Shown here: piece after piece, positions 37,051 to 46,331 of the stretch | Position numbering within the stretch: position 1 is the first letter of the stretch | Layout: each line of letters starts with the position of its first letter | NCBI GenBank assembly: GCA_028716485.1 | Contig: JAQUPS010000001.1 | Coordinates: 11,935 to 75,934 of the forward strand | Length of the DNA: 64,000 nt | Reading direction: 5' to 3' | Source of the DNA: Patescibacteria group bacterium | GTDB taxonomy: Bacteria; Patescibacteriota; Patescibacteriia; Patescibacteriales; WJLG01 | The notes under the pieces: generated by a model | What the model saw: the letters and a program-made list of their open reading frames with translations, nothing else | What the model was told of the DNA's origin: nothing | The model's database searches: none | Translations under genes and position numbers: made by a program

Positions 37051-38196
37051 TCAGTCTTTTGCCAACCTTATCACCTCGTCAATATAATCAGGCGACGACC
37101 AGGCCATTTCTTTAGTCTTTATTTCATTAAGTTTTTCCGAATTTTTAATGACTTCAGCCATTCTTTCCGCCAAATCATCTTCATTTCCCGGCTCGAACAA
37201 GATTCCGCCGGCGGCCTCGATCAATTCGGTTATGCCGCCGATTTTCGCGCCAATAACCGGCAGCTGCGCGGCAATCGCCTCATAAATCACGGTTGGCGAA
37301 TTCTCATAGCAGAGCGACGGGACAATCAGACAATCCGCCGCTAACATCAAATCTCTAACTTCTACTTCATTTTTTCTTCCCAATATTTTTATTTCCTTTT
37401 CATCTCCGGCCATTTTTTTTATTTCTTCCGATTGCGAGCCGGAACCAATAATCGACAATTCCGCTTTTGCATTGCTTTCCGCCAAAAATTTCAAAAAACT
37501 TTCGATTAAAAATTCAACTCCTTTATGTTTCTCGATTTGCCCGATATATAAGAAAGTGAATGTGTTGTTTTCAGACCTTATGCCCTGCGCCTTATGCCCT
37601 GCGCCCTCGAAGTAATTCGGTAAGATGATTTTTTTAGAATTTTTGAAAAATCCTCTCTTCTCGTGTTCTTCCAAAAGCCATTTTGACGGAGAAATTATTA
37701 GCGCTGGCGAACCCATCAAAAAATTCATAACTGCCTGATAAATTTTGGCCGCGGGCGTATCAATCATTTTTTCTTTCCCCCAAATCATCAGGCCGGACGG
37801 ATGAAGCAGCTGAATATCGTGCAGAATATGAAAATGCCTGATTTTCATTTTTTCCAACAGGCCGGGGACAAGATAGCCGACGCCTTGTAAATTATTGGTG
37901 ATGACCAAATCCGGCCGATGCTCGGCTAAAAATCTTTTTATTTTACCGCGATTGATAAAATTGGCGATATCCCAAAGGTGCCAGAAAAATCTCTGCCAGA
38001 GCGGATATTTTTCCAAATTATAAAAAATCGAAGCCAGATAATAATTTTTTTCTGTCCGTGATTCTTTCGGGGCAGTGGTAATAACTAAAACTTCGTGGCC
38101 TTGTTTTTCCAGGCCCTCGATTATTTTTTCCGCGATCCGCTCGGCTCCGCCGCGGATCCACGGTGAATATAAATTGTTGATGATTATTATTTTCAT
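37051..38196 (-). CDS. Glycosyltransferase family 4
   Basis: GT4 signature ENSPTVIYEAIAAQLPVIGAKIGGITELIE (EX7E). Confidence 0.85.
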   Translation of the reverse strand: MKIIIINNLYSPWIRGGAERIAEKIIEGLEKQGHEVLVITTAPKESRTEKNYYLASIFYNLEKYPLWQRFFWHLWDIANFINRGKIKRFLAEHRPDLVITNNLQGVGYLVPGLLEKMKIRHFHILHDIQLLHPSGLMIWGKEKMIDTPAAKIYQAVMNFLMGSPALIISPSKWLLEEHEKRGFFKNSKKIILPNYFEGAGHKAQGIRSENNTFTFLYIGQIEKHKGVEFLIESFLKFLAESNAKAELSIIGSGSQSEEIKKMAGDEKEIKILGRKNEVEVRDLMLAADCLIVPSLCYENSPTVIYEAIAAQLPVIGAKIGGITELIEAAGGILFEPGNEDDLAERMAEVIKNSEKLNEIKTKEMAWSSPDYIDEVIRLAKD

Positions 38197-38201
38197 TGCG
38201 C

Positions 38202-39317
38202 CTAATTAACTAATATGCCGATTAACTTATCGCTAATTTTATTCCGTGAATATTTTTCTTCCGCCAATTCCCGCGCCGCTTCGCCCATCGCTTGCCGCTT
38301 CGCCGGATTTTCCATTAAAAATTTTATTTTATTTTGCAAATCGCGCGCGTCTCCGGGTTTCGCCAATAGGCCTTCCGCGCCGTCAGTGAATACTTTCCGC
38401 ACCCCGGGCAGATCGGTGGCGATCACCGGAATTCCCGAAGCCATCGCTTCCAGCAAGACGATGCCGAAGGCTTCGCCGCGATTGACCGACGGCAGAACCA
38501 GACAATCAGCCTGCTGATACTTTTTCGGCAATTCTTTATCGCTTGCTTTGCCGGAAAAAATTATTTTGTCGGCAATTCCCAATTCGCGAGCCTGATTTTC
38601 ATATTGCGGCCGCAAATCCCCGCCGCCGACGATTTCCGCTTGCCAAGCCTGATTATTTTTGGCCAGCAAACTCAGCGAGTCAAGCAAAACATCAACACCC
38701 TTGAAATAATGGGCCTTGTCCAGGCCGCCGACGAATAAAATTTTAAAATTTTCGCGAGACTGCGCCGCTTCCGCCGGCTTGAATCTTTCCGTGTCAACGC
38801 TAAAAGGAATTTCCCTGATTTTGTCCTGATTGTCATGCCATATTTTTGCAGGCATATTGGCCTCGGCATAATCGCGCGAAGCGCAGATGATCAAATCCGC
38901 TTCCTGAAAAAGCGACGGCGCGATCAGCCGCGACGGCAATGATAAAATTTTTAAGAGTGGTGAGGAAAATTCCGGCTCCATATGGAAATGGATGATCAGC
39001 TTGGTTTTATTTTTCCAGGCAAATTTTTTCAAAAGCCAGATTATTTCCGCGGCGCCGAAAAAAGGATAATGCAGATAAACCAAATCAAAACCATTGAGCC
39101 GCCGGAATAATTGCGGAAGCAGCCCCCCGTTGCCAGATTTTAAAACCGCCTTCAGCCTGACGACCTCCTCGCTTTCTGACGTATTTTGCCCATCAGTCAA
39201 AGTGAAGGTTTTCACTTCGTTGCCGGCCGATGACAAAACGCGCGCCGTTTCCAGCGCGCTCGTGCCGATTCCTCCCCGATACGGCGGATAAACGCAGACG
39301 ATTTGGGCTATCTTCAT
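38202..39317 (-). CDS. Glycosyltransferase family 4
   Basis: EAFGIVLLEAMASGIPVIATDLPGVRKV. Confidence 0.85.
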   Translation of the reverse strand: MKIAQIVCVYPPYRGGIGTSALETARVLSSAGNEVKTFTLTDGQNTSESEEVVRLKAVLKSGNGGLLPQLFRRLNGFDLVYLHYPFFGAAEIIWLLKKFAWKNKTKLIIHFHMEPEFSSPLLKILSLPSRLIAPSLFQEADLIICASRDYAEANMPAKIWHDNQDKIREIPFSVDTERFKPAEAAQSRENFKILFVGGLDKAHYFKGVDVLLDSLSLLAKNNQAWQAEIVGGGDLRPQYENQARELGIADKIIFSGKASDKELPKKYQQADCLVLPSVNRGEAFGIVLLEAMASGIPVIATDLPGVRKVFTDGAEGLLAKPGDARDLQNKIKFLMENPAKRQAMGEAARELAEEKYSRNKISDKLIGILVN

Positions 39318-39392
39318 AAATATCGAAATTAGATATTAGAAATTGGAAAATTGGTTATTTTTAGTTACAACCGCTAAGAAGAGATCTAATTT

Positions 39393-39806
39393 CTAATTCT
39401 CCTTCCCGAACAGCCACTTTTGCCAAAGATAAGCGATAATGAAAACGGCTAACGCTCCCAGAATATCGGCTAAACCGACTTTTTTATTGGCTATAAAAGC
39501 GGTCAGCAGCACAGCGGCCGGAAGCAAAAAAAGAAAAATATCGCTTTTCAATTTATCGGAAAAAGTCAATTGCAAGGTCAAACCCAGATTGCCTTCCCGC
39601 TCTTTTTTCTTGGCTTTCTCGCGCCAGAGCTTCAGATTGATCAGAAAAATCAAGGCCAAAACCGCCAGCGGAACTAAGGCTTCCAAGATGCGGCGGAAAT
39701 TTTCGAAATTATCGCCGGCGATAAAATAAATAATGCTTAGGCCGATAATAAGAATGGCGAAAACAAAATTTATAAAATTAATCAACATGTCTTTGGCGGA
39801 AACCAT
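39393..39806 (-). CDS. Small membrane protein, hypothetical
   Basis: 137 aa, 4 TM, internal KKKEREG loop. Confidence 0.5.
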   Translation of the reverse strand: MVSAKDMLINFINFVFAILIIGLSIIYFIAGDNFENFRRILEALVPLAVLALIFLINLKLWREKAKKKEREGNLGLTLQLTFSDKLKSDIFLFLLPAAVLLTAFIANKKVGLADILGALAVFIIAYLWQKWLFGKEN

Positions 39807-39818
39807 GGAATTATAGAT

Positions 39819-40163
39819 TTATTTTTTATCTTCGGGCTGGCAATTTTTATTAAGCGCCGAATCGCGCACCAGTTGAGTGATGTCTTTGTCCATTTTCTCC
39901 ACTTTCAGGCGCAGGCGGAAATTCATATAAAATAAGACGGCCACGGCGGCATAAAGGATTATTTGGATGCCGGAAGCGGAAAATCCCAAACGCGCGGCCA
40001 GCGCGTCCAAATCTTTGACGAAAATAATTCCGGACGCGGCGATCAGCCAGAAAACCAGCCAGAAAATAAATTCGTTGGCCGAAACCTTGCCGCGCTTTTT
40101 CAGGACAAACAAGCGTAAGACAAAAAATAAAATTATTATCAGAGCGATTAGTTGTTGTAACAT
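39819..40163 (-). CDS. DUF2304-like small membrane protein (GT2 partner)
   Basis: 114 aa, 3 TM, charged C-terminal tail; immediately upstream of the GT2 gene, as is typical for DUF2304/GT2 pairs. Confidence 0.5.
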   Translation of the reverse strand: MLQQLIALIIILFFVLRLFVLKKRGKVSANEFIFWLVFWLIAASGIIFVKDLDALAARLGFSASGIQIILYAAVAVLFYMNFRLRLKVEKMDKDITQLVRDSALNKNCQPEDKK

Positions 40164-40232
40164 TGTTAATTAAAAATTTAAAGTTAAAAGTTAAAAATAT
40201 TTTTAATTTTTCACTTTTAACTTTAAATTGTG

Positions 40233-40904
40233 TTATTCCATTATCTTCGCCAGCAATAAATCTTTGATGATCCGCACTCCCCCGCCGAAGTTCTGGCCAA
40301 AATCGTCGTAGCGCACCGTAATCGGCGCTTCGACGACACGCAATTTATTTTTAAAAACCTTGGCGATGATTTCCGAGCAATGCGCCATGCCGTCCTGATT
40401 GATCTTGATTTTCCGCCAAGCCGAGGAAGTCGCGGCGCGAAAACCGGATTGCGGATCGGTGAGCACGACGCCAAAAAGCAGAAGGTTAACCAGCCGGGCG
40501 ATGGGCATAAAAAATTTTTCTTTCAAAAACGGCAGCTTGGATTTTTTTTCCAAGAAGCGCGAACCGAAAACCACGTCAGCTTGGCCGGAAATCAAAGGCG
40601 CGAGAATCGAGGGAATATCAGCGGCGGAAAACTGGCCATCAGCGTCAAAATGAAAAATTATCTCCGCCCCGCGAGCCAGCGCGTATTGATTGCCGGTTTC
40701 CAGCGCCGCGCCCTGGCCGCGGTTAAGATGATGTTCCAAAACGATCGCCCCGGCCGCAGCCGCAATTTCTTTGGTATTGTCGATAGACCCGTCATCAACC
40801 AAAACAACCTCATCGACCAGCGGCCTAACTTTCATCACCACCTCGCCGATAGTTTTTTCCTCATTCAGGGCGGGAATAATGCAAAAAATCTTCATATATC
40901 TCAA
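40233..40904 (-). CDS. Glycosyltransferase family 2 (dolichyl-phosphate hexosyltransferase-like)
   Basis: IIPALNEEKTIGEVV...VVLVDDGSIDNT...DADGQ DXD region. Confidence 0.85.
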   Translation of the reverse strand: MRYMKIFCIIPALNEEKTIGEVVMKVRPLVDEVVLVDDGSIDNTKEIAAAAGAIVLEHHLNRGQGAALETGNQYALARGAEIIFHFDADGQFSAADIPSILAPLISGQADVVFGSRFLEKKSKLPFLKEKFFMPIARLVNLLLFGVVLTDPQSGFRAATSSAWRKIKINQDGMAHCSEIIAKVFKNKLRVVEAPITVRYDDFGQNFGGGVRIIKDLLLAKIME

Positions 40905-40968
40905 TTTATATCAGGTCTAAGCAGAATTGATATTAGCATTAATCCCGTAAAAATCAAGTTATTCTTCT

Positions 40969-42234
40969 TTATTCCGCGGCCTTTATCACAGCTTCAAGAG
41001 AAATCAGCCCGCCCAACGCCTTGATCAGGGCGTCTTCGGCCAAGGAATAACCGCCCTGTTTTTCCGGCTCGCGGCGAAGCGAAGAAAAATGCCCGGTCTT
41101 GATTATATTTTTTACTTCCGGAGTTATTTCCAAAACTTCAAAAATTCCGATCTTGCCCGCGACTCCCGAATTATGGCAGCGCGGACAGCCGGCGCTTTTA
41201 TAGAAAATCAAATCTTCGGGTTTGTTTATTCTGTTAGAAATAATTTTGTCGCGCATCAACCGGGACAATAATTTCCGCAATGACAATTTTTCTTCCAGGC
41301 GTCGCCGGCTTTCCCTGCCGATCTTTTGCTTTGTTAAGCAAAAGGGACAATTTTTATCAGCCAATCTTTGGGTGATGGCCATTTTGGCATTGGCTGAAAA
41401 TGAAGACAAGGTTACGCCCGCCTCCTGCAAAAAATTTAAAGCAACGACGATATCGCGGCTATAAATGCCCGCCAAGATAAAGTGTCCGGATTGAGCCAAA
41501 TTAAAAGCGGCTTCCGCGGTTTCACGATCATTGATATCGCCGATCATGATCACGTCGGCATCTTGGCGCTTGAGCGCGTTAATCGCATTTTTAGCGCTGA
41601 ATCCGTCGAGTTTGCTCAAACGGCTCTGATTTATTTCCGGCAAATCGCAGGCTACATCCTTTTCCACCGTGGCGATATTCAGTTCCGGATGTTTGAGAAA
41701 ATTGATAAAACTGTAAAGCGTGGCGGTGCGGCCGGAATTGAAATCGCCGATTACCGCCGTCAGCCCCTGGCGGTTGAGCAGATTTTTCTTGACAATTTCC
41801 AGGGCTTTCGCGTTCAAGCCCAGCTGCCCCAAGCCGAACAGCTGAAATTTTTCTTTAGCCAGATTGACGGTAATTTTTTCTCCCGCTGAACCGGAACGGA
41901 CGCACAGCGAAAAAATTATTTTATAACCCAGAAAATCTTTTTTGAATTTCCTGCCGCCGGCCGAATTATCAGCCGGATAATTCAACCCGGCCTTGGCTTT
42001 TACGCCGGCAATAACCGCCTGCTCCGCTTTTTTGGGCAGAAGCAAAGTATTTTTCAATTCGCCGTCGGCCATAAAATTAACCGCCAAATCTTTGGCTCGC
42101 GGCTCGAATAAAATCTCTTCCGCCTCGCAACCGATGGCAAAATTAAAAATCTTGTCGATCGCCCGGATGACTCTGACATCGGAGCTGAGAGATAATTGTT
42201 CTTTTACTTTTTCTCTAATTGATTGCATAAACAA
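40969..42234 (-). CDS. GspE/PilB-family secretion-type ATPase homolog with degenerate catalytic motifs (probable pseudo-ATPase)
   Basis: GspE N2-like region (GRKFKKDFLGYKIIFSLCVRSGSAGEKITVNL). Walker A reads GDFNSGRT (canonical GPTGSGKT: the Lys is Arg and the second Gly is lost). Asp/Walker-B box DVIMIGDINDRETAEAAFNLAQSGHFILAGIYSRD (canonical GEIRD...TGHLV..TLHTN). Tetracysteine CPFC...CPRC retained. Confidence 0.75.
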   Translation of the reverse strand: MFMQSIREKVKEQLSLSSDVRVIRAIDKIFNFAIGCEAEEILFEPRAKDLAVNFMADGELKNTLLLPKKAEQAVIAGVKAKAGLNYPADNSAGGRKFKKDFLGYKIIFSLCVRSGSAGEKITVNLAKEKFQLFGLGQLGLNAKALEIVKKNLLNRQGLTAVIGDFNSGRTATLYSFINFLKHPELNIATVEKDVACDLPEINQSRLSKLDGFSAKNAINALKRQDADVIMIGDINDRETAEAAFNLAQSGHFILAGIYSRDIVVALNFLQEAGVTLSSFSANAKMAITQRLADKNCPFCLTKQKIGRESRRRLEEKLSLRKLLSRLMRDKIISNRINKPEDLIFYKSAGCPRCHNSGVAGKIGIFEVLEITPEVKNIIKTGHFSSLRREPEKQGGYSLAEDALIKALGGLISLEAVIKAAE

Positions 42235-42358
42235 ATGTTAAACTGCTGCATTGTTACACGACGGAAAAATAAACAATTTAACAATGTAACAATTTTTATC
42301 CCAACTTTAATCTCGTTCAATTTCTCGCCGACAAATCAACGGGACGCTTTTCCAACAT

Positions 42359-43375
42359 CTAATCACCAATCCCCTTCAACCCTTTGCTTGCCCGCAGTTC
42401 GGCAATGGTTTTTTCCAATCCTTTATCCAAAGTGACAATCGGCAGCCAGCCAAGGTTGTTGGTGGCGAGAGATATGTCCGGCAGGCAAAGCTCGGTCATG
42501 AAGAAATGCGACGGCTCATAAACTATTTTTGATTGCGAACCGATCTGGTCGATTATTTTTTGCGCTAAATCAGATAGCTTGATATCGACATCGGAACCGA
42601 CATTAAGCGGGCCGGTCAGATCGGTTTCCATAATTTTCAGCGCCGCGTCAATCACGTCGGAAACATAGCAGAAAGAGGAAGTGAAGCCTTCTTCGCCGTA
42701 AATCACCAAATCCTGATTGTCCAGGGCATTGCTGACAAAATCCGGAATCATCTGGTTGTCGCGCAACGGCATCCGCGGGCCGTAAGTGCGGAAGACGCGG
42801 ATAATTTTCGCGTCAACGCCATGCATTTCGCGATAAGTATGGACAAAAGTTTCGGCAAACCGCTTGCCTTCGTCATAACAGGCGCGGTCGGAAAGAAAAT
42901 CAACGGCGCCGATATCATCTTCTTTTATTTTCGGATTGTCCGGACGGCGCGAACCATAAACCACCGAGGAAGAAAAATGCAATAATTTCGCCTCGTATTT
43001 TTTGGCCAAATCCAAAACATTTTTCACCACGTAAGAATTGGCCAATAAAGTCGCTTCGCGATTTTTCTGGAAATTTTTGGCTGAATTCGGGCAGGCCAGA
43101 TTATAAATTTCCTGGATGCCCTGGAATTGGATTTTGAATTTCTGCAGCGATTGCTCGCTTTCCAGATCGATCGGCTGGCTCAAGTCGTGCCGCAAGAAAG
43201 CGAAATCCGGCTCGGCGAAAAGATGGTCGATATTCCGTTCATTGCCGGTGGAAAAATTATCCAGGCAGATCACTTTGCTGGTCTTGATCAATTCGTCGCA
43301 AAGATGCGAGCCGATAAAACCGGCGCCGCCGACAACGAGAACGTTCTTTTTTTCAAATATTGCGCGCTTAGCCAT
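42359..43375 (-). CDS. NAD-dependent epimerase/dehydratase of the UDP-glucuronate decarboxylase (UXS) type
   Basis: GGAGFIGSHLCDEL, YDEGKR, RVFRTYGPRM. Confidence 0.8.
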   Translation of the reverse strand: MAKRAIFEKKNVLVVGGAGFIGSHLCDELIKTSKVICLDNFSTGNERNIDHLFAEPDFAFLRHDLSQPIDLESEQSLQKFKIQFQGIQEIYNLACPNSAKNFQKNREATLLANSYVVKNVLDLAKKYEAKLLHFSSSVVYGSRRPDNPKIKEDDIGAVDFLSDRACYDEGKRFAETFVHTYREMHGVDAKIIRVFRTYGPRMPLRDNQMIPDFVSNALDNQDLVIYGEEGFTSSFCYVSDVIDAALKIMETDLTGPLNVGSDVDIKLSDLAQKIIDQIGSQSKIVYEPSHFFMTELCLPDISLATNNLGWLPIVTLDKGLEKTIAELRASKGLKGIGD

Positions 43376-43432
43376 AAAATTAAAAATTAAAAAATAAAAG
43401 ATAAAAAAGAAAAATTTTTTATTTTTTCTCTT

Positions 43433-45772
43433 TTATTTTTTAATTGATACGACGCCCACGTTCACGCCGCCGGAAAAATTGGGGTCGAAGGCGTAAAAAG
43501 AATCAAGGATAAGGCCGTTAGGGTCGAAGACTCTGACGTGCGGCCCGCCGCCCGGACCGGCGCCGGTAATGACTTCTGACAAACCGTCGCCGTCAGTATC
43601 GCCCGAGGCGATGCTGACGCCGCCGTGGAAACTCTGGTCATAGGCAAAAAATTGGCTTTGCAATTTTCCGTTGTTATCAAAAATTCTGATGTGCGGCCCG
43701 CCGCCTTTTCCGGGAGCGGTAACGATTTCTTCCTGATGATTGGCCGCGCCGCCGTTAAGATCGGCAACGGTTACGTTAACTCCGCCGCGAAAATTCTGTG
43801 CGTAAGCCAAAAACTGGCTTTTAAGCTTCCCGGCCGGACTGAAAATTTTCACTTGCGGCAGGAAGCCCGAGCCCGGTCCGGTAACAATTTCAATTTTGCC
43901 GTCGCCATCGACATCGCCCGCGGCAATATTCGCTCCACCCAAAAACTTGGCGTCATAGGCGATAAACTGATTTTTTAGCTTGCCCTGATTATCAAAAATC
44001 TTTACATCGGACTTCAAGCCGGAACCGGGCGCGGTAACAATCTCGTCTTTCCCGTCATTATCAAAATCCCCCACTGCGACTTTGACGCCGCCGCGGAAAT
44101 TTGAAGCATAGGCGTAAAATTGGCTTTTTAATTTTCCATCGGCGCCGAATATCTTGACTCGTCCGGCGCTTCCCGATCCGGGGCCGGCGATAACTTCATC
44201 TTTATTGTCGCCGTCAACATCGCCTGATGCCAGATAAACTCCGCCGGTTGGATTGGCATTGAATTTAGCAATCAAGCTGCCATCGGGCTTGGTTTCTTTC
44301 ACTTGCGCCGCATCGCCAGTTGCCGGAGCCAGCAGAAGTTTAATGCTTTGATCTTGTTTTTCCCGCTCGGCCAAAGCCACGGCGCTTAAAGCGTTCACCC
44401 GGCCGCGTCCCAATTCGCCCGGATAGTTAGGATTAAGTTTATTAATGTCATCGGCGGTAGCCAAAAGAATATCTTTAATTTGTTGCGCTTTGGCTCCGGG
44501 ATTAATTCCTTCCAATAACGCCAATACTCCGGAAACGACCGGAGTGGCCATTGAAGTTCCCGACCAATATCCGCCGTAATATTGATCAAGATAAGTATTG
44601 TTTATTTGCTCGGTCGGCGCGAACACGGCCGTGCTGAAAAAACCGACGCCGGGCGCGGCCAGGTCAACGCAGCGGGAACCGTAACTGGAAAAAACCGCTT
44701 TTTGGTCGATCGCGTCGGTCGCGGCCACACCGATCACCATATTGTCTTCACCGTCATCGCAAGCCGGATACATCGGAGTTTCATCAAGATTATAGCCCTG
44801 CCCTTGCGTTTGCTCATTGCCCGCGGCCGCCACCAAAATTACGCCGGCATTGTGGGCGCGAGTGACCGCTTCGTATAAACCGCGGCTGTAATCCAGACCG
44901 ACAAAACTCAAATTAATGATCGCCGCTTTGTTATTGATGGCATAATCAATCGCCCGGATCACGTCGGAAGTTTTTCCTTCGCCTTTATCATCCAAAACTT
45001 TCAAGGGCATTATTTTCGCCTGCCAAGTGATGCCGCTGATTCCAACGCCGTTATTGCCGGCGGCGGCGATAATTCCCGCGACGATCGTGCCGTGCATAAT
45101 CCCGGCTTCGGTAAAACCGTCTTCGAATTTCGGCGACGGGTCGGGCACATTATTAATAAAATCCCAGCCGTTAACATCGTCAATGAATCCATTATGGTCA
45201 TCATCAATGCCATTGCCGGGAATTTCATCGGGATTTTTCCAGATATTGGCGGCGAGATCCGGATGATTGATCTGCACGCCGGTATCGATGACAGCGATAA
45301 CCACATTGGGGGTTTCGCGGATCCTGTCCCAAGCGAGCGGCGCGCGGATTCTGTCCAGATACCATTGTTTGCTGTAATACGGATCGCTGGGAATTACCGA
45401 AGCATGATAAACATAATTCGGCTCGGCATATTCCACGTCGCTTCTTTTTTCAACGCCGGCCAAAAAATCTTGCAAGCTGATTCCTCCCGGAACTTTAACT
45501 GCCGCCGGCTCGGTAATATTTTTGTATTTAACTAAAATTTCGTCAACCGCGGCTGCACTTTTATTTGCGGAAGTCGGCGTCGTGCCGAGAGCCGAAGAAG
45601 CCTCTAAAAAACAAAAACCGCCGATTAAAATTATGGCAATAAATATACCTAAAAACTTGGCGGATTTGCTCGTCATATCATCTTGATTATACCACATCAG
45701 GCCAACCACCGCCAAATGATTTCCTGTCATTATTTGTAGGATATTCGAATGTTTTACCCGCGGCATTTGCAA
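43433..45772 (-). CDS. Subtilisin-family (S8) serine peptidase fused to a C-terminal array of about 6 FG-GAP/VCBS-like repeats
   Basis: AVIDTGV (Asp), HGTIVAGIIAA (His), GTSMATPVVSGVLALL (Ser). Repeated GDVDGDxKDEIVTxPGSG...KIFxxxGKLKSQF units. The start is probably the internal Met (MTSKSAKFLG...). Confidence 0.85.
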   Translation of the reverse strand: MQMPRVKHSNILQIMTGNHLAVVGLMWYNQDDMTSKSAKFLGIFIAIILIGGFCFLEASSALGTTPTSANKSAAAVDEILVKYKNITEPAAVKVPGGISLQDFLAGVEKRSDVEYAEPNYVYHASVIPSDPYYSKQWYLDRIRAPLAWDRIRETPNVVIAVIDTGVQINHPDLAANIWKNPDEIPGNGIDDDHNGFIDDVNGWDFINNVPDPSPKFEDGFTEAGIMHGTIVAGIIAAAGNNGVGISGITWQAKIMPLKVLDDKGEGKTSDVIRAIDYAINNKAAIINLSFVGLDYSRGLYEAVTRAHNAGVILVAAAGNEQTQGQGYNLDETPMYPACDDGEDNMVIGVAATDAIDQKAVFSSYGSRCVDLAAPGVGFFSTAVFAPTEQINNTYLDQYYGGYWSGTSMATPVVSGVLALLEGINPGAKAQQIKDILLATADDINKLNPNYPGELGRGRVNALSAVALAEREKQDQSIKLLLAPATGDAAQVKETKPDGSLIAKFNANPTGGVYLASGDVDGDNKDEVIAGPGSGSAGRVKIFGADGKLKSQFYAYASNFRGGVKVAVGDFDNDGKDEIVTAPGSGLKSDVKIFDNQGKLKNQFIAYDAKFLGGANIAAGDVDGDGKIEIVTGPGSGFLPQVKIFSPAGKLKSQFLAYAQNFRGGVNVTVADLNGGAANHQEEIVTAPGKGGGPHIRIFDNNGKLQSQFFAYDQSFHGGVSIASGDTDGDGLSEVITGAGPGGGPHVRVFDPNGLILDSFYAFDPNFSGGVNVGVVSIKK

Positions 45773-45833
45773 TTAGCATTTGTGGATAAAAAAAACGGCG
45801 CCTTTTGCAAAGCGCCGGTTTAAAATCCGTCTA

Positions 45834-46262
45834 TTATTCTTTAACCTTATCGGGAGCCAGCCATTTACCAATCAGCTCAACTGTAATACTTCTCCAATCC
45901 AAAGGTTTCTTATAAAATCCATTATACAACCCGCGGCTTTTAAGAGGAACTACCTCATTAAAATCTTTGCCGGTCATTAGGAAAATTAACCCGGCAAAAC
46001 CGCTTTTCCACGATTTACGAGGGTATCTCAATTCGGCGGCGATAGGATAACTCAACTTTTCGCCTTCTAATTGCCCATCCAAAAACGCCAGAGCGATTTT
46101 AGAATAGTTCTCTATCACCTCCAAATATTCCTTCGTTGCCGCAAGCGAATCAAGGACGACAACCTCGTATTCTTCAGGCGAAAAAGCAGTATCAATAAAC
46201 AATTTTGCCAAATCGGCAAGATCCGGCTGATCTTCAACGATTAGAATGACTTTCTTGGCCAA
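45834..46262 (-). CDS. Stand-alone response-regulator receiver (REC) domain protein
   Basis: KVILIVEDQPD, FLDGQL (phospho-acceptor Asp), conserved Lys region. Confidence 0.65.
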   Translation of the reverse strand: MAKKVILIVEDQPDLADLAKLFIDTAFSPEEYEVVVLDSLAATKEYLEVIENYSKIALAFLDGQLEGEKLSYPIAAELRYPRKSWKSGFAGLIFLMTGKDFNEVVPLKSRGLYNGFYKKPLDWRSITVELIGKWLAPDKVKE

Positions 46263-46331
46263 AATAACCTCCCGGTTAAGTTAAAGAACTTAAAAACGTT
46301 TCTTTATTATTACCATATCAACTTAAAAAAG

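Noticed and set aside
37576-37604. Perfect 14-bp tandem duplication CTTATGCCCTGCGC x2 inside the GT4 gene
   Set aside because: The reading frame stays open across it (EGAGHKAQGIR), so it is not a frameshifting slippage event in this assembly. Probably a benign micro-duplication; noted only as a potential slippage-prone site.
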